Positions 20,232 to 31,362 of a stretch of DNA of 64,000 nucleotides are shown here, one piece after another (positions within the stretch are counted from its first letter, which is position 1; each line of letters opens with the position of its first letter). Origin of the DNA: an uncultured Candidatus Rokubacteria bacterium (GTDB lineage Bacteria > Methylomirabilota > Methylomirabilia > Rokubacteriales > DASRDR01); the NCBI GenBank assembly GCA_963805625.1, contig CAWDVE010000014.1, forward strand, positions 32,001-96,000, in the 5' to 3' direction. A model generated the notes under the pieces. That model ran no database searches. It was not told the DNA's origin and saw nothing but the letters and a program-made list of their open reading frames with translations. A program made the translations under genes and the position numbers.

Positions 20232-20906
20232 TCAGCCGCGTCGTGTTCGACGCGTCCAAAGACGATATCCTCCAAGGAACGCGTGCGCGTTCGATCCCAG
20301 GCGGACTCCGGGCAGCCGGCCGTCGAGTTTCTTGGCGTTCCCGCCACCCACGACGACATCGTCGGCCTGAAACGCCGCTTTGAATCGCATCACGACATCG
20401 ATGACATGGCGTCGCCACTTCTTCTTCCCGAGTCGCTTCCGTCCCGCATCGCCGATGTACTCCTCGTAGGTGCGTCCCTTCCGATACGGAAGGTGCGCAA
20501 GCTCCATCGATTCCAGCACCCCGTCGACGATTAGCGCGGAGCCCAGACCGGTGCCCAAGCCGAGAAACAACATGCGCCCGCCCCGATAGCTGCCCAGCGC
20601 CTGCATGGCCGCGTCGTTGATGATTTTGACCGGACGGCCGAACGCTTTCGTGAAGTTGAAGCCGACCCACCCGGGCCCGAGGTTCTTCGGCTCGGCCACC
20701 GGCTTGCCGTCCACCACCGGTCCGGGGAATCCGATCGACACCGCATCGAACCTCCAGCCCGCGGTGGCCTTGCGCACACGTCGCACCATATCCTTCGCCT
20801 TCATCGCCGGCCCTGACGGAATCTTGACCGGCACGCGGCGCCCCGTCACGAGCGCCTTGACGTGGGATCCACCCACATCAATGACCAAGATGCGCGTCAC
20901 TTTCAC
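20232..20906 (-). CDS. ppgK: Polyphosphate glucokinase, ROK family
   Basis: IDVGGSHVK, SIGFPG, INDAAMQA, LGLGTGLGS, ELAH, VGGGNAKK; lies downstream of ppk1. Confidence 0.8.
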   Translation of the reverse strand: MKVTRILVIDVGGSHVKALVTGRRVPVKIPSGPAMKAKDMVRRVRKATAGWRFDAVSIGFPGPVVDGKPVAEPKNLGPGWVGFNFTKAFGRPVKIINDAAMQALGSYRGGRMLFLGLGTGLGSALIVDGVLESMELAHLPYRKGRTYEEYIGDAGRKRLGKKKWRRHVIDVVMRFKAAFQADDVVVGGGNAKKLDGRLPGVRLGSNAHAFLGGYRLWTRRTRRG

Positions 20907-21237
20907 GTTCGGCTCGCCGCGGCCGGATAATTACGCCGTCCGGCTCGCGTCACGGCATCGTCGCCGTCCCGTCGGACACGTGCTGGCCCGAGATTCCCGC
21001 GCCCTGGGTACCGTGCTCGGCCCCTCGAGGCGCGCAGCACGAGGAGAAGCCGTTGAGCGTGAAGGTCAGCACGCCGGGCATCATGAATCAGACCGGTCGG
21101 ATGTCCTGTTGACACGTCGGATGGTAAGGAGAAACAGGTCAGCCGGGCATTCCTTCACTGAACGAAGAGGGGACGTCTTATCGACGCGTTGGACTCTGAA
21201 CGCGGTTGACAACCGGCCGCGGCGCGCGCGCCGCCCG

Positions 21238-23418
21238 TCACACCGGCTCGCGCCTGGCCGCGTGGCGATGCTCGATCAGCCAGCGCTGGCTCTCCAGGGG
21301 TTCCGTCCCCGGGTCCGGCTTCACCGGCTCATAGGTGCCGTCGGCCCGCAGGCGCCGGGCCTTGGCCGAGTCCGCCAGATAGGTGGCCAGCACATGGTCC
21401 CGCAGGTACCGGACGAGCCGCGAATCTTGGATGGGGAACAGGATCTCCACGCGGCGGTCCAGGTTGCGGGGCATCAGGTCGGCACTGCCCAAGTAGAGCG
21501 CTTCGCTCCCCCCGTTGCGGAAGTAGAAGACGCGGCTGTGCTCCAAGAAGCGGCCCACGATGCTCAGCACCCGGATGTTCTCGCTCAGTCCCGTGACGCC
21601 GGGCCGCAGTCCGCAGATGCCACGCACCAGCAAGTCCACGATCACCCCGGCCTTGGAGGCTTGGTACAGCAACTGGATCATCGGCTGGTCCACGAGGTGG
21701 TTGAGCTTGAAGATCAGGTGCGCGGGCTCACCCCGGCCGGCGCGCTCGATCTCCCGTTCGATCAGGGCCTGCAGGCCGGCCCGAAGGGTGAGCGGCGCCA
21801 CCAGGAACTTCTGATAGTCTCGCTTGGCCGAATAGCCGGTCAGGTAGTTGAACAGATCCGAGGCATCCCTCCCCAGAACCTCGTCGCAGGTCAGCAGGCC
21901 GATGTCCGTGTAGACCTGGGCGGTGATGGGATTGTAGTTGCCGGTGGACAGGTGCACGTACCGGCGGATGCGCTCGTCCTCCCGGCGAACGACCAGCGCG
22001 ATCTTGGAGTGGGTCTTGAGTCCCAACAGCCCGTAGACGACGTGGACCCCCTCGTGCTCCAGGGACCGCGCCCACTCGATGTTGCTCTCTTCGTCGAAGC
22101 GCGCCTTGAGCTCGACCAGCACCGCCACCTGCTTGCCGTTACCCACCGCCTCCAGCAAGGCTTCCACCACGGGTGAGTCGCCGCCCACCCGGTAGAGCGT
22201 CTGCTTGATGGCCAGCACCTCCGGGTCTCGGGCGGCCGCTTGCAGGAAGTCCAGGACCGGGGCGAAGGAATCGTAGGGATGGTGCAGCAGGACGTCCTGG
22301 CGCCGGATGGCGGCAAAGATCCCGCCCTCCCCGTGGAGAAGCGAAGGGATTGCGGGTCGAAAGGGGACATCCTTCAGATCGGGCCGATCCAGCGCGTACA
22401 GCTCTTTGAGGTCGCTCATGCCCAGCGGGGAGGTCACAGTATAGATGTCGGCGGGGCCGACCTCCAGGTTCTCCATGAGGATGTTCCGGCTGGCCGCCGT
22501 CATGGCGGGATCCATGGTGACGCGCACGACACCGCCGAAGCGTCGTTCCCATACGCTCCGCTCGACCGTCTCCAGGAGGTCCTCCGCCTCGAGCTCCTGA
22601 ATGGCCAGCTCGGCATCCCGCGTGACCCGGAAGGGGTGGACTTCGACGATGTCCATTCCGGGGAAGAGGCGATGCACGTTGGCGGCGATGATCTGTTCCA
22701 CCCAGACGAAGAACCGGGGTGGCCTCGTCGGGTTCTCCTCGGACGCCTCGCCCGGCACACTGACGGGCACGAGCCGCGGCAGGGTGGCGGGAGCCTTGAC
22801 GCGAGCAAACCCCTCGTGGCCCAGCGGATCACGGACGCGTACCGCCAGGTTCAGGCTCATGTGGGAGATGTGGGGGAAGGGTCGGCCCGGGTCGTAGGCC
22901 ATCGGCGTCAGGATGGGGAAGATCATCCGCTCGAAATACGTGTCGGCTTGAGCCCGGTGCGGGTCGGTCAACGTCGCGTAGTCGAGAATGTGGATGCCGG
23001 TCTCGGCGAGCAGGGGCAGGAGTTGACTCAGAACCTCCCGCGCGCCCTGCATCAAGTCGGTCGCCACCTGGCGAATGAGCGTCAGTTGCTCGGCCGGAGT
23101 CAGCCCGTCCATGGACCGCTCCACCACCCCGGCCGCCACCTGCTGTTTGAGGCCGGCCACACGCACCATAAAGAATTCGGCGAGGTTCGAGCTGACGATC
23201 GACAGGAACTTGACGCGCTCGAGGAGGGGATTCCGCTCGTCCTGGGCCTCCTCCAGCACGCGACGGAAGAACGCCAGGAGACTCAGCTCTCGGTTCAGGT
23301 ACAGGGCAGCGTCCCGCGGCACGGTGGGGACCGTGCGGCGCTTCGGTGGTCCGGCGGGGTCAGCCACACCTCCGTTCCGTGTGCTCCGGTCTGGAGTGAC
23401 TCTCTTCCGCCTCGGCAT
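21238..23418 (-). CDS. ppk1: Polyphosphate kinase 1
   Basis: NRELS, EFFMVRVA, HHPYDSF, KQTLYR, ELKARFDE, KTHSK, TGNYN, RFLEHSR, SADLM.RNLDRRVE. Confidence 0.97.
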   Translation of the reverse strand: MPRRKRVTPDRSTRNGGVADPAGPPKRRTVPTVPRDAALYLNRELSLLAFFRRVLEEAQDERNPLLERVKFLSIVSSNLAEFFMVRVAGLKQQVAAGVVERSMDGLTPAEQLTLIRQVATDLMQGAREVLSQLLPLLAETGIHILDYATLTDPHRAQADTYFERMIFPILTPMAYDPGRPFPHISHMSLNLAVRVRDPLGHEGFARVKAPATLPRLVPVSVPGEASEENPTRPPRFFVWVEQIIAANVHRLFPGMDIVEVHPFRVTRDAELAIQELEAEDLLETVERSVWERRFGGVVRVTMDPAMTAASRNILMENLEVGPADIYTVTSPLGMSDLKELYALDRPDLKDVPFRPAIPSLLHGEGGIFAAIRRQDVLLHHPYDSFAPVLDFLQAAARDPEVLAIKQTLYRVGGDSPVVEALLEAVGNGKQVAVLVELKARFDEESNIEWARSLEHEGVHVVYGLLGLKTHSKIALVVRREDERIRRYVHLSTGNYNPITAQVYTDIGLLTCDEVLGRDASDLFNYLTGYSAKRDYQKFLVAPLTLRAGLQALIEREIERAGRGEPAHLIFKLNHLVDQPMIQLLYQASKAGVIVDLLVRGICGLRPGVTGLSENIRVLSIVGRFLEHSRVFYFRNGGSEALYLGSADLMPRNLDRRVEILFPIQDSRLVRYLRDHVLATYLADSAKARRLRADGTYEPVKPDPGTEPLESQRWLIEHRHAARREPV

Positions 23419-24135
23419 CTAATCTCCGCTGGGGTCCCCGGTGATCTCCGGGCGGCCCAAAGGGCCCCACCCGTCTGGCGGGAGGCACCTCGCCGCCACG
23501 GTCGTCGTCTAGGATGACAGCACGTTCAAACGCTCGGGCTTTCGGGTTAGCTATAGGGTCTGCCTGGAGGATGACCCTCGACTCTCCGTCCAGGATAGAC
23601 GAGCCGGCGGCGGGCCGCCAAGGGGGGGCGTTGATCAGCCGCTACTCGGCCAGGTCCCGGCCGGAAGGACCGGGCATGTCGGATGGGCCACCGGTCTCGT
23701 CCCTTCAGACGTGGACACGCGAGGAGTTACGTTCACCTGGGAGGCCACTTACCCCCGGCCGGACGGGAAGTTCGAAGCCGCCGCCGACCAGACCTTCGAC
23801 AACGAAGCACCTTTCTGTGTCCATCAAGCGCGCCCGGTGGGCGAATTTCTGGAAAGACTCTTTCGCGGCGCGGACCGGGCCTGCGGCATGCGCTGGTCAA
23901 TGGGCTGGACGGGCGGCGGACCCTCACGCGGGGGTTCTGTTACCCGCGCCGCCGCGCCCTGCGTCGTCACTTCCGGGGTCGTGGTCGCCGCTTTGAGGCC
24001 AGCGTCGGCACCCGGGCCAGAAGGGATCCTCGCGAGTCATGCTGTTGAACTCCGACAACAATCTAACGGTCGAACGGGAAGGGAGGAGATCGCGGCTCGT
24101 ATGGTTGCTCTCGGGAGCTACTCGCGCTGCGACAG

Positions 24136-24585
24136 CTAGTCCGGAATCTCGGCCTCGACGAGCTGCGCCAGAAGGGTGAGCGACTCTTGCCAACCGAGAC
24201 AGCAAGCCTCAGGTGGAATGACGTCCGGGAGCCCTTCTTGCACGATGCTCAACTCGGTTCCGACGGACACCTTCTTCAGGGTGATCGTCGTCTGCATTTC
24301 GCCGGGCAGGGTCGGGTCGTCGAATTTGTCGGTGTGACGAATGCGCTCGTTTGGCACCAGCTCGAGGTATCTTCCGCCAAAGGCGTGTTGGCGGCCGCTG
24401 GTGAAGTTTGTGAACGACATCTTATACGTGCCGCCGACCTTGGCGTCCATGTGGTGCACCTTGCCTGTGAACCCGTTTGGCGGAAGCCACTTAGCCATCG
24501 CGTCCGCGTCGAGGAAGGCGCGGAAGATCTTCTCGGGCGTTGCACGCAGCACACGGTGAAACCGGACGGTGTTTGTCGGCATCAT
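24136..24585 (-). CDS. SRPBCC/AHSA1 family protein
   Basis: FHRVLRATPEKIFRAF..WLPP..GGTYKMSF..GWQESL. Confidence 0.9.
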   Translation of the reverse strand: MMPTNTVRFHRVLRATPEKIFRAFLDADAMAKWLPPNGFTGKVHHMDAKVGGTYKMSFTNFTSGRQHAFGGRYLELVPNERIRHTDKFDDPTLPGEMQTTITLKKVSVGTELSIVQEGLPDVIPPEACCLGWQESLTLLAQLVEAEIPD

Positions 24586-24817
24586 CTGCTCCTTTCGTCG
24601 GGTCGTTGGTCCGTCGACGTCGACCACGGGCGATCCACGCGGGGCACATGGGTGCCTCCTACCACCGCATAGTCGAACGGGCCGGCCCGAGATCGACAGC
24701 CCCGATGGGAGGCGCGGTCCTCGCGGGGTGGAGGGGGTCGGCATCTCGGAGTGGCCGACTGCCCGGCGACGCCGCCACGGACTCGCCGACTTGGTGACGC
24801 GGCCCACTCGCGGCCTG

Positions 24818-25180
24818 CTAGGCCTTCAACCCCTGGACGATCCGGCTGATCGCGCTCTTCGATAAGGCCCGGCCCTGCAGCAGCGGCTTCAGCGCGCCGC
24901 GGATCCGGCGCGTGTTCGCCCCGCACAAGTAGACCTGCAGGACGGCCTCGTTGACCTGCCGCATCCGCCGGGCGTAGGCCGGCAGGACCTGACTCTGCCA
25001 TTCGGTGGCGCCAGCGCCCGCGGCCTGCAGGCGTGCCCGGGGAACCGTCAGGGTCACGGCCCCCACCGGGCTGGTGATCGTGCGCCCCTTCGACCCGTGG
25101 CGATAGCCCACCCGCACTTCGCCCCGCGCGTACCGGGGCCCGAGCACCGCGGCGAGCTCCGCGCCCACGAGGTGCTCAAG
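24818..25180 (-). mobile_element. IS256-family transposase fragment
   Basis: GYRHG..RTI.SPVG..LTVPRAR..YARR..YLCGANTRRI..LSKSAISRI. Confidence 0.8.
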
Positions 25181-25427
25181 TGAGAGAAGAGCGGTCTGGA
25201 CGCCATCGCGAAGCCGCGAAGATCGCGGGTTCCGCAGTGTCGGGCTGAAACGATCCCAGATTCTCAGTCGGCAGAGGTTCGGCGGCTCCGGCAGACGCAT
25301 GGGTCGTGTGACCAGATCCGGGCGCGAAGTGTAGCCTGTCGGTTTGATGGCTGCCCTCGAACGTACGCCACAGGTCATTGCGTCAGCGAACTAGTGCCCT
25401 GAGTACGAGTTCGGAGCAAGCAATCGA

Positions 25428-26291
25428 TCAGCAGGCTGTCGAAACAGGGGATGTCGCTGGCCCTTGATCGCCCCAGGCCAAAGACGCCCACCGCGGTCGC
25501 CGCGCCCGTTCTGATTCCACCACGACCAAGTAGCGCCCCGACCACGGAGTCGGCGTGCGATCCTTCCGCAGCGCCCACAACTGCCCGCCACGCGCAAGCG
25601 CGGCTTCGTAGTCGGCATCCAGCACACCGTACTTGTCGAGAAGCCGATTCAGCGTCGCAGAAATGCGAATGCATCCACTCGATGCGGCGGAGCCGAGTCG
25701 CGGCTCGAGTACATCGGGGTCTGTCGCATGCACTTGTAGCCGCATCGGGCTCAGTCCGCCATCACCCCAGGTGCGTTCGCCCATCACCCAGCCGAAGTCG
25801 AACACCCGCATGCCTTTGACACCATAGCCACGGATGCCGAACTCGTTGCGCGTGCCTTCCGCCCGGAAGTCCAGATGCGCGACGCTGTGCTCAAACACGC
25901 CCAGCGGTGTGAGGAAGTGTTCATAGCTGCCAGGACGTCCGGTGGAGGCAGGCGATGCACCGATGAAGTGCAGCGTGCCTTCACCGTCTCCCCAGTACAC
26001 GAGCGCGGCTTGCACCCTCGGACTACGGTCGACCAGCAGGACGTATTGAGCGGTCGTCTGCACCACGTTCGCCTTCGTCAGCGCCACCCCCAGTAGGCCC
26101 GCGTACGCGGCATGTTCCTTCTCGGGCAGATTCAGTCGTGGCCTGACCTCCCGCGCAAAGATCGGGGCCAGCTCGACACCCGATCGCACTGGCGGGGGCG
26201 TCGGGCTCGGCCCACTCGCCCCTTGTTCAGCGGCGGCTTGCGTGAACAGCAACAGCAATGCCCCAAACACCAAGCGACGCGTCGCGTTCAC
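25428..26291 (-). CDS. L,D-transpeptidase (YkuD-like), exported
   Basis: STGRPG, TPLG, VHATD...SSGCIRI (His/Cys); signal peptide. Confidence 0.8.
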   Translation of the reverse strand: MNATRRLVFGALLLLFTQAAAEQGASGPSPTPPPVRSGVELAPIFAREVRPRLNLPEKEHAAYAGLLGVALTKANVVQTTAQYVLLVDRSPRVQAALVYWGDGEGTLHFIGASPASTGRPGSYEHFLTPLGVFEHSVAHLDFRAEGTRNEFGIRGYGVKGMRVFDFGWVMGERTWGDGGLSPMRLQVHATDPDVLEPRLGSAASSGCIRISATLNRLLDKYGVLDADYEAALARGGQLWALRKDRTPTPWSGRYLVVVESERARRPRWASLAWGDQGPATSPVSTAC

Positions 26292-26448
26292 TCGTCCGGG
26301 GAACCACCGCGGGTCCCAACACAATCGGCTGCGCTCACGCTCGTAGCTGGGTCCATTACGGCAGCATCGAACCGGCCGCACACCACGGGCGGCAATCCGG
26401 CGGATGAGTCATGCGGTGGCGATTATCCAGAAGACTACGATCCCTCGT

Positions 26449-27633
26449 TCACATGGACGAAGATCGCTTGCGTGCATCGGACGGCGGGGCGTCCCCAGCC
26501 CCCGCCGGAACATGGTCGTCAACGCCACGCGCCGTGGAGACCGCCAGGACATGGAGCACGTCCCTCAGGCTCAGGTACCCGACGAGGCGCCCGCTGTCCA
26601 GGACGGCGAGCCGGCCGAGCCCGTTGCGGGAGAGCTTTTCCAGCGCGTCGGGCACAGGATCTCCGGGTCTCGCGGTGAGCGCGTCAACAATCGGTAGCAT
26701 GGCCTCGCGCGCGCGAGTCGCGCGCCATTCCTCGCACGGCCGGTCGCCCAGCCGGTGGATGCCGAGGATCCCCACAAGCCGCTCGCCGTCCACCACCGGA
26801 AAGCTGGTGACGTGATGGTGCCAGAAGTACTCGTCGACGACCCGGTCGAGCGGCAGGTCGGCGGGGACGCTGATGACATCGCGGGTCATAACGTCACGGA
26901 CGGAGAGCGGGGCCAGCGCCCGCCGCCGCAAGAGCTGCTGGTAGCTACCTTCGGCGGCCTGGCGCAGGAACGACCCGATCAGAACGAACCAGAGACCGCC
27001 GAGGAATTCGCCGGTGAGGCCCCGAACGATCCCGAGCCCGATCAGCGCTAGGGCGACGATCGAGCCCGCCCGGCTCGCCACGCGTGTCGCCCACTGGAGG
27101 TTGCCCTTCGCCCGCCACAGCGCGGCGCGAAGCACGCGGCCACCGTCCAACGGAAGGCCGGGCACGAGGTTGAAGGCCCCGACTACTAGGTTTACGAGCC
27201 CAAGATAGCGAAGGATCGCGGCGAGCGTGGCCCGATCCCCGACCAGGGCGACGGTGACAAAGGCGAGACCGCCCAGGGCGAAGCTCGTGAGCGGGCCCAC
27301 AATCGCCATCCGGAACTCGACACCCGGGCTCTCCGGCTCGCGCTCGAGCTCCGACACGCCACCGAACGCATGGAGCGTGATCGCGGCCACTGGGAGCCCG
27401 TGACGCCGAGCCACGATGGAATGGGACAGCTCATGAAGGAACACCGAAACGAACAGGAGGAGCGCGGCAACAAGTCCGCTCACCCAGTATGTACGGGTTG
27501 GGACGTCTGGCAGGACCTGCGGAAAGTACCCAACGGAGAGACTCCAGGCGATCAGGCCGTAGATGGCAAGCCAACTGGCGTGGAGGCGGACCGGAATGCC
27601 AAAGACCCGAAACAGCGTCAGGGCTCCGCCCAT
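26449..27633 (-). CDS. Site-2 protease (M50) with CBS pair
   Basis: HELSH, NLVPGLPLDGG, two CBS domains. Confidence 0.92.
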   Translation of the reverse strand: MGGALTLFRVFGIPVRLHASWLAIYGLIAWSLSVGYFPQVLPDVPTRTYWVSGLVAALLLFVSVFLHELSHSIVARRHGLPVAAITLHAFGGVSELEREPESPGVEFRMAIVGPLTSFALGGLAFVTVALVGDRATLAAILRYLGLVNLVVGAFNLVPGLPLDGGRVLRAALWRAKGNLQWATRVASRAGSIVALALIGLGIVRGLTGEFLGGLWFVLIGSFLRQAAEGSYQQLLRRRALAPLSVRDVMTRDVISVPADLPLDRVVDEYFWHHHVTSFPVVDGERLVGILGIHRLGDRPCEEWRATRAREAMLPIVDALTARPGDPVPDALEKLSRNGLGRLAVLDSGRLVGYLSLRDVLHVLAVSTARGVDDHVPAGAGDAPPSDARKRSSSM

Positions 27634-28345
27634 CGCAGACCCTCCTGGGAGAGTTGATGCGCAGCCCGCAAGGAAGCCGCAGTGCAATGGTACATCGCTC
27701 CGGGTCCTCACGGTAGGACGGCTCGCTCTCACAGCACGCAGGGGCGCGGCCGGTGTCGTGAGGCCAGAACGGCAGCGGACGGCCGCGACCAATGCGAGCT
27801 GATTGAGCACGGAGCAGCGAGACGTGGCGTCGCGTTCCGACCCTGCGGCTCGCCGCGATGGTTCTCGGCACACGGCCCGATCCGAACGTGATGCGCGTCC
27901 ACAGATGGACCGGCTCGAAGTCGGCAACGAGTGCAGCCCCGGTGTCGGACGGGGGAATCCGCAGGAGGAGGTCGCATTTCGCCCACTGGGGCGCACGATG
28001 ACGGAGCCGAGTGAGCAGCGTTTGTCCGTCCCATCCGCGGAGGTCGACGTTCCGCATACGGGGCACGTCGCCGGTTCTCTTCGTCCACAGCCGTCAGTGG
28101 TAACCTCAGCCACGCCCGTCGGCCCTCGCCATTGCCCGTGTGCCCAGCATCGTGCTGCGCCGGCTGGGTGGGGCACCCACGCCTCGGAGTGGCGAGACTG
28201 CCCCACTCAAGAAGACAATCCCGTCGGCCAAGATCCCAGAATCCCTAGCCTGTCATTCTTGGCACCTCCGTTGCTCGGGGAACATCTTGTCGGCGCAAGG
28301 GTCAGAAGCCTTGCAACGGAACCGGAGACAGAGAAGGAGGGTGCC

Positions 28346-28495
28346 ATGCTGTGGACCATTGCCGTGATTCTTCTGGTGCTGTGGGCGCTCGGCCTGGTCA
28401 GTTCGTACACGGCTGGCGGGTTGGTCCACTTACTGCTGGTCATCGCAATCATCGTCGTCGTGTTCCAGTTCATTAGCGGCCGCCGATCCCTCTGA
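28346..28495 (+). CDS. lmo0937/DUF5670 family small membrane protein
   Basis: MLWTIAVILLVLWALGLVSSYTAGGLVHLLLVIAII; AAGGAGG RBS. Confidence 0.9.
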   Translation: MLWTIAVILLVLWALGLVSSYTAGGLVHLLLVIAIIVVVFQFISGRRSL

Positions 28496-28629
28496 CGGCA
28501 TCGAGGCGAGGTGCGCGGTGGGGCTGAGGGCCGGGCGTGAAGTCCGTCAAGAATGACATGCGGCTCAAGTGACGGCAGCTGGAGTCGTCGCGACGGCAGC
28601 GCCCGAGAGCGCGCACGAGGAGGACTGTG

Positions 28630-28920
28630 ATGCGAACCAGTGGGGCCTTTGTCCTGGGAACGGTCATGGGGGCAGCCGTCGTATGGCTATGGGGACGGGA
28701 TATCGAGGAATACGTGGAGGAGAAGGCGCGAAGGGTGCGCTCGAAGGCCGCGAAGAGCGTTCGGGCGGTAGAGGAGAAGGCTGGGAAGGTGCTGGACCGT
28801 GGCGGAGATGCCCTGCGCCGGGTCGACGAGTTCCTGCAGGACACGAGGGAGGATGTCAGCGAGGCTCTCCGGGCAGGGCAGGAAGCGATGCGCTCGACAC
28901 CAGCAGCTAGAAAGGAATGA
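28630..28920 (+). CDS. YtxH-like small membrane-anchored coiled-coil protein
   Basis: GAFVLGTVMGA anchor then a charged helix; GAGGAGG RBS. Confidence 0.65.
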   Translation: MRTSGAFVLGTVMGAAVVWLWGRDIEEYVEEKARRVRSKAAKSVRAVEEKAGKVLDRGGDALRRVDEFLQDTREDVSEALRAGQEAMRSTPAARKE

Positions 28921-28942
28921 CCAGTACGGGAAGGAGAGCGCC

Positions 28943-29293
28943 GTGAAGCTAGAGACTGCAGCGAAGATCAAGTATGGAATCTGGGGTCTCATTTGTGGGG
29001 CCATCATCGCGATGATCATTGGCTTTGCGTGGGGTGGCTGGACAACCTTCAGCACGACGCAAACGAGAACCCAGGAGGCGGTGTTGGCGAGTCAGGCGGC
29101 GATCTGCGTCGCCCAATTCATGAAGGAGCCGAACCATGAAGCGAAGCTCAAAGAACTCTCGGACCTAGGTAGCTGGCAGAGAGCGGAGGCCATCGAAAAG
29201 GGGGGCTGGGATAGGATGCCAGGGCAAGAAAAGGCTGGCTATGCTGTAGCTCGGGCGTGCGCCGATGGGCTTGAGCTTCTCTTCAAGAAATGA
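28943..29293 (+). CDS. Conserved hypothetical membrane protein
   Basis: IIGFAWGGW..ICVAQF..GGW.RMPG..VARACA; AAGGAG RBS. Confidence 0.7.
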   Translation: MKLETAAKIKYGIWGLICGAIIAMIIGFAWGGWTTFSTTQTRTQEAVLASQAAICVAQFMKEPNHEAKLKELSDLGSWQRAEAIEKGGWDRMPGQEKAGYAVARACADGLELLFKK

Positions 29294-29309
29294 GCGCGTC
29301 GCCCGCACC

Positions 29310-29494
29310 TTGCGCCGGCGGTCCCGGATGTCTTCGGCCGAAACCGCCTGGGCTCCCCCGGAAACGCGTACATGCTTCTCCATGTTGGACGGAACGCGTT
29401 GGACGTCTTCGCCCGGGTCTCCGGTCACTGCGATCACGGCCTTGCGGTGGTCAATCCACACACCCACGTCTTTCTGTGGCTGTGGCTGGTCCAC
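29310..29494 (-). pseudogene. eRF1-like (baeRF) domain N-terminal fragment
   Basis: VGVWIDHRKAVI motif, then truncated. Confidence 0.5.
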
Positions 29495-29841
29495 CGGTGG
29501 CGCGCGCCTCCTCCCCGCGGCGCGGTCAGAGCGAGCTCCACACGGGCCACTTCAGAGGAGGGCAGCGCGCCGCGGCTTCGACGCAGACTGGAGACGCTGC
29601 GCCGTCCCGGAATCGATGTCGGGCGTCGAGACCATCGAACCCCAAGCGCCCACGCAGGAGAGATGGCACTGGACAGAATACAGCGACTTAGTTAGTAGCT
29701 CGCGGTCAGACGGAGACGAGTCCGGCGGGCGCAGCCGCCTCCGCCGGCGGTGTGATCGGCTCGTCTTGGCTCTCAGGGCCGTCGTCGCTCATGATACTGG
29801 CCTGCATACACGGATTCGTATCCGCTAGACCTGAGGACGCC

Positions 29842-30489
29842 GTGGGGGCACTTCAAGAGTTCGTCGGCAACTTTACGTACGTTGGCATTTTCCTGGTGCT
29901 CCTGCTCGGGAGCCTGGGAGTGCCAATCCCTGAGGAAATGCCGATCATCGCGGCCGCCGTGTTGAGCCACGAGGGTATCGTCCGGTGGTGGCTTGTGCTG
30001 CCCGTCTGCCTGCTGGGGGTGCTATCCGGCGATATGGTGCTCTACTGGGTCGGCCGGCACTGGGGTGAGCAGGTCCTCAACTGGCGACTGGTTCGGCTGG
30101 TCCTGTCGTCCGCGCGGGAGCAGTGGCTGAAGGCCGCGTATCGACGGCATGCCCTGAAGACCGTCGTCACGGCACGGCACATCATGGGACTGCGCGCCGC
30201 CGCGTTTCTGACCGCAGGCAGTGCGAGCGTTCCGTTCTGGAAGTTCGTGGTGGCGGACGCAGGCGCCGCCTTATTCGGCGTCCCGTTGGCGTTCGGGTTC
30301 GCGTACTTCTTTACGGATCAGATCAAAGCCATCATGGCCGATGTGCACCGGGCAGAGCGCTGGCTCGGTCTCGCTGGCCTCCTGGCGCTAGCGGCGATGC
30401 TGGTTGTCGGCGTGTGGCGATGGCATCGTCGCGTCGGGAAGGAGCGTCTGGACGAGGAACCGGCCGCGGGACATTCGCCGCCGCCATGA
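29842..30489 (+). CDS. DedA family membrane protein
   Basis: GVPIPEE, GDMVLYWVGR, ARHIMGLR, AG..FWKF..D. Confidence 0.9.
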   Translation: MGALQEFVGNFTYVGIFLVLLLGSLGVPIPEEMPIIAAAVLSHEGIVRWWLVLPVCLLGVLSGDMVLYWVGRHWGEQVLNWRLVRLVLSSAREQWLKAAYRRHALKTVVTARHIMGLRAAAFLTAGSASVPFWKFVVADAGAALFGVPLAFGFAYFFTDQIKAIMADVHRAERWLGLAGLLALAAMLVVGVWRWHRRVGKERLDEEPAAGHSPPP

Positions 30490-30567
30490 GCGCTCGGGAT
30501 GGCGACCTATCACCGGTGCGAAGGACGAGCGAATAGTGGCCACCTTCTTCCGTCGCCGTGGGGGTGA

Positions 30568-31362
30568 TTGTGGCCCTACGAGAGTCCCGAGCGGGAGCCG
30601 CTCCTCCAGGCGGGCTATCGCGCGCTCCTGGGCGTGCCGTTGCTCCGGGAGGAGCAGGTGATCGGCGCACTGTCGGTCATCCGCAAGACGCCGGGCGACT
30701 TCGCACCGGAGGTGGTGCGCGTGCTCATGACGTTTGCCACTCAGTCGGCGCTCGCCGTCCAGAATGCGCGCCTCTTCCGGGAGATCGCGGACAAGAGCCG
30801 GCAGCTCGAGGCCACGAGCCGCCACAAGTCGGAGTTCCTCGCCAACATGTCCCACGAGCTGCGGACCCCGCTGAACGCGATCCTCGGCTTCTCGGAGGTG
30901 CTGGCCGAGCGGATGTTCGGCGAGGTGAACGAGAAGCAGGCCGAGTACCTCCAGGACATCCTGTCCTACGAGCACGATTCCCATCGTCACGACTGCGAAG
31001 GGGCATTCGCGGCGATAGCCCGAGAGCGCGCGGGGGCTCTCCTGGTCGTGCCGGACGCGGTGTTTGGTCTCCACCGAGCACAGCTCCAGGACTTCGCCGC
31101 CAAGAGCGGCCTCCCGGCCATGTACGGCTTGAGGGAACATCCAGAGGCCGGTGGCCTCATGAGCTACGCTGTCGATCTGCGTGATAGTTTCCGTCGCTCC
31201 GCGACGTACGTCGACAAGATCCTGAAAGGCGCCCAGCCCGCCGACCTTCCCGTGGAACAGCCCACCAAGTTCGAGCTCGTCATCAACCTGAAGACCGCGA
31301 AGGCGCTCGGCCTCACCATCCCGCCGTCGGTGCTCGCGCGGGTGGACGAGGTGATCCAATAG
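30568..31362 (+). pseudogene. Chimeric ORF: GAF/HisKA fragment fused in frame to an ABC_sub_bind C-terminal fragment
   Basis: [19 protein letters not shown] up to about 30965, then [29 protein letters not shown]. Confidence 0.8.

Noticed and set aside
20605-23517. Long antisense ORFs (also 53409-54953, 55506-56939, 61829-63820)
   Set aside because: They are shadow frames of well-supported genes in high-GC DNA.
23514-24139. Possible coding region upstream of ppk1
   Set aside because: No recognisable family, start or RBS; possibly a decayed fragment, but it cannot be supported.
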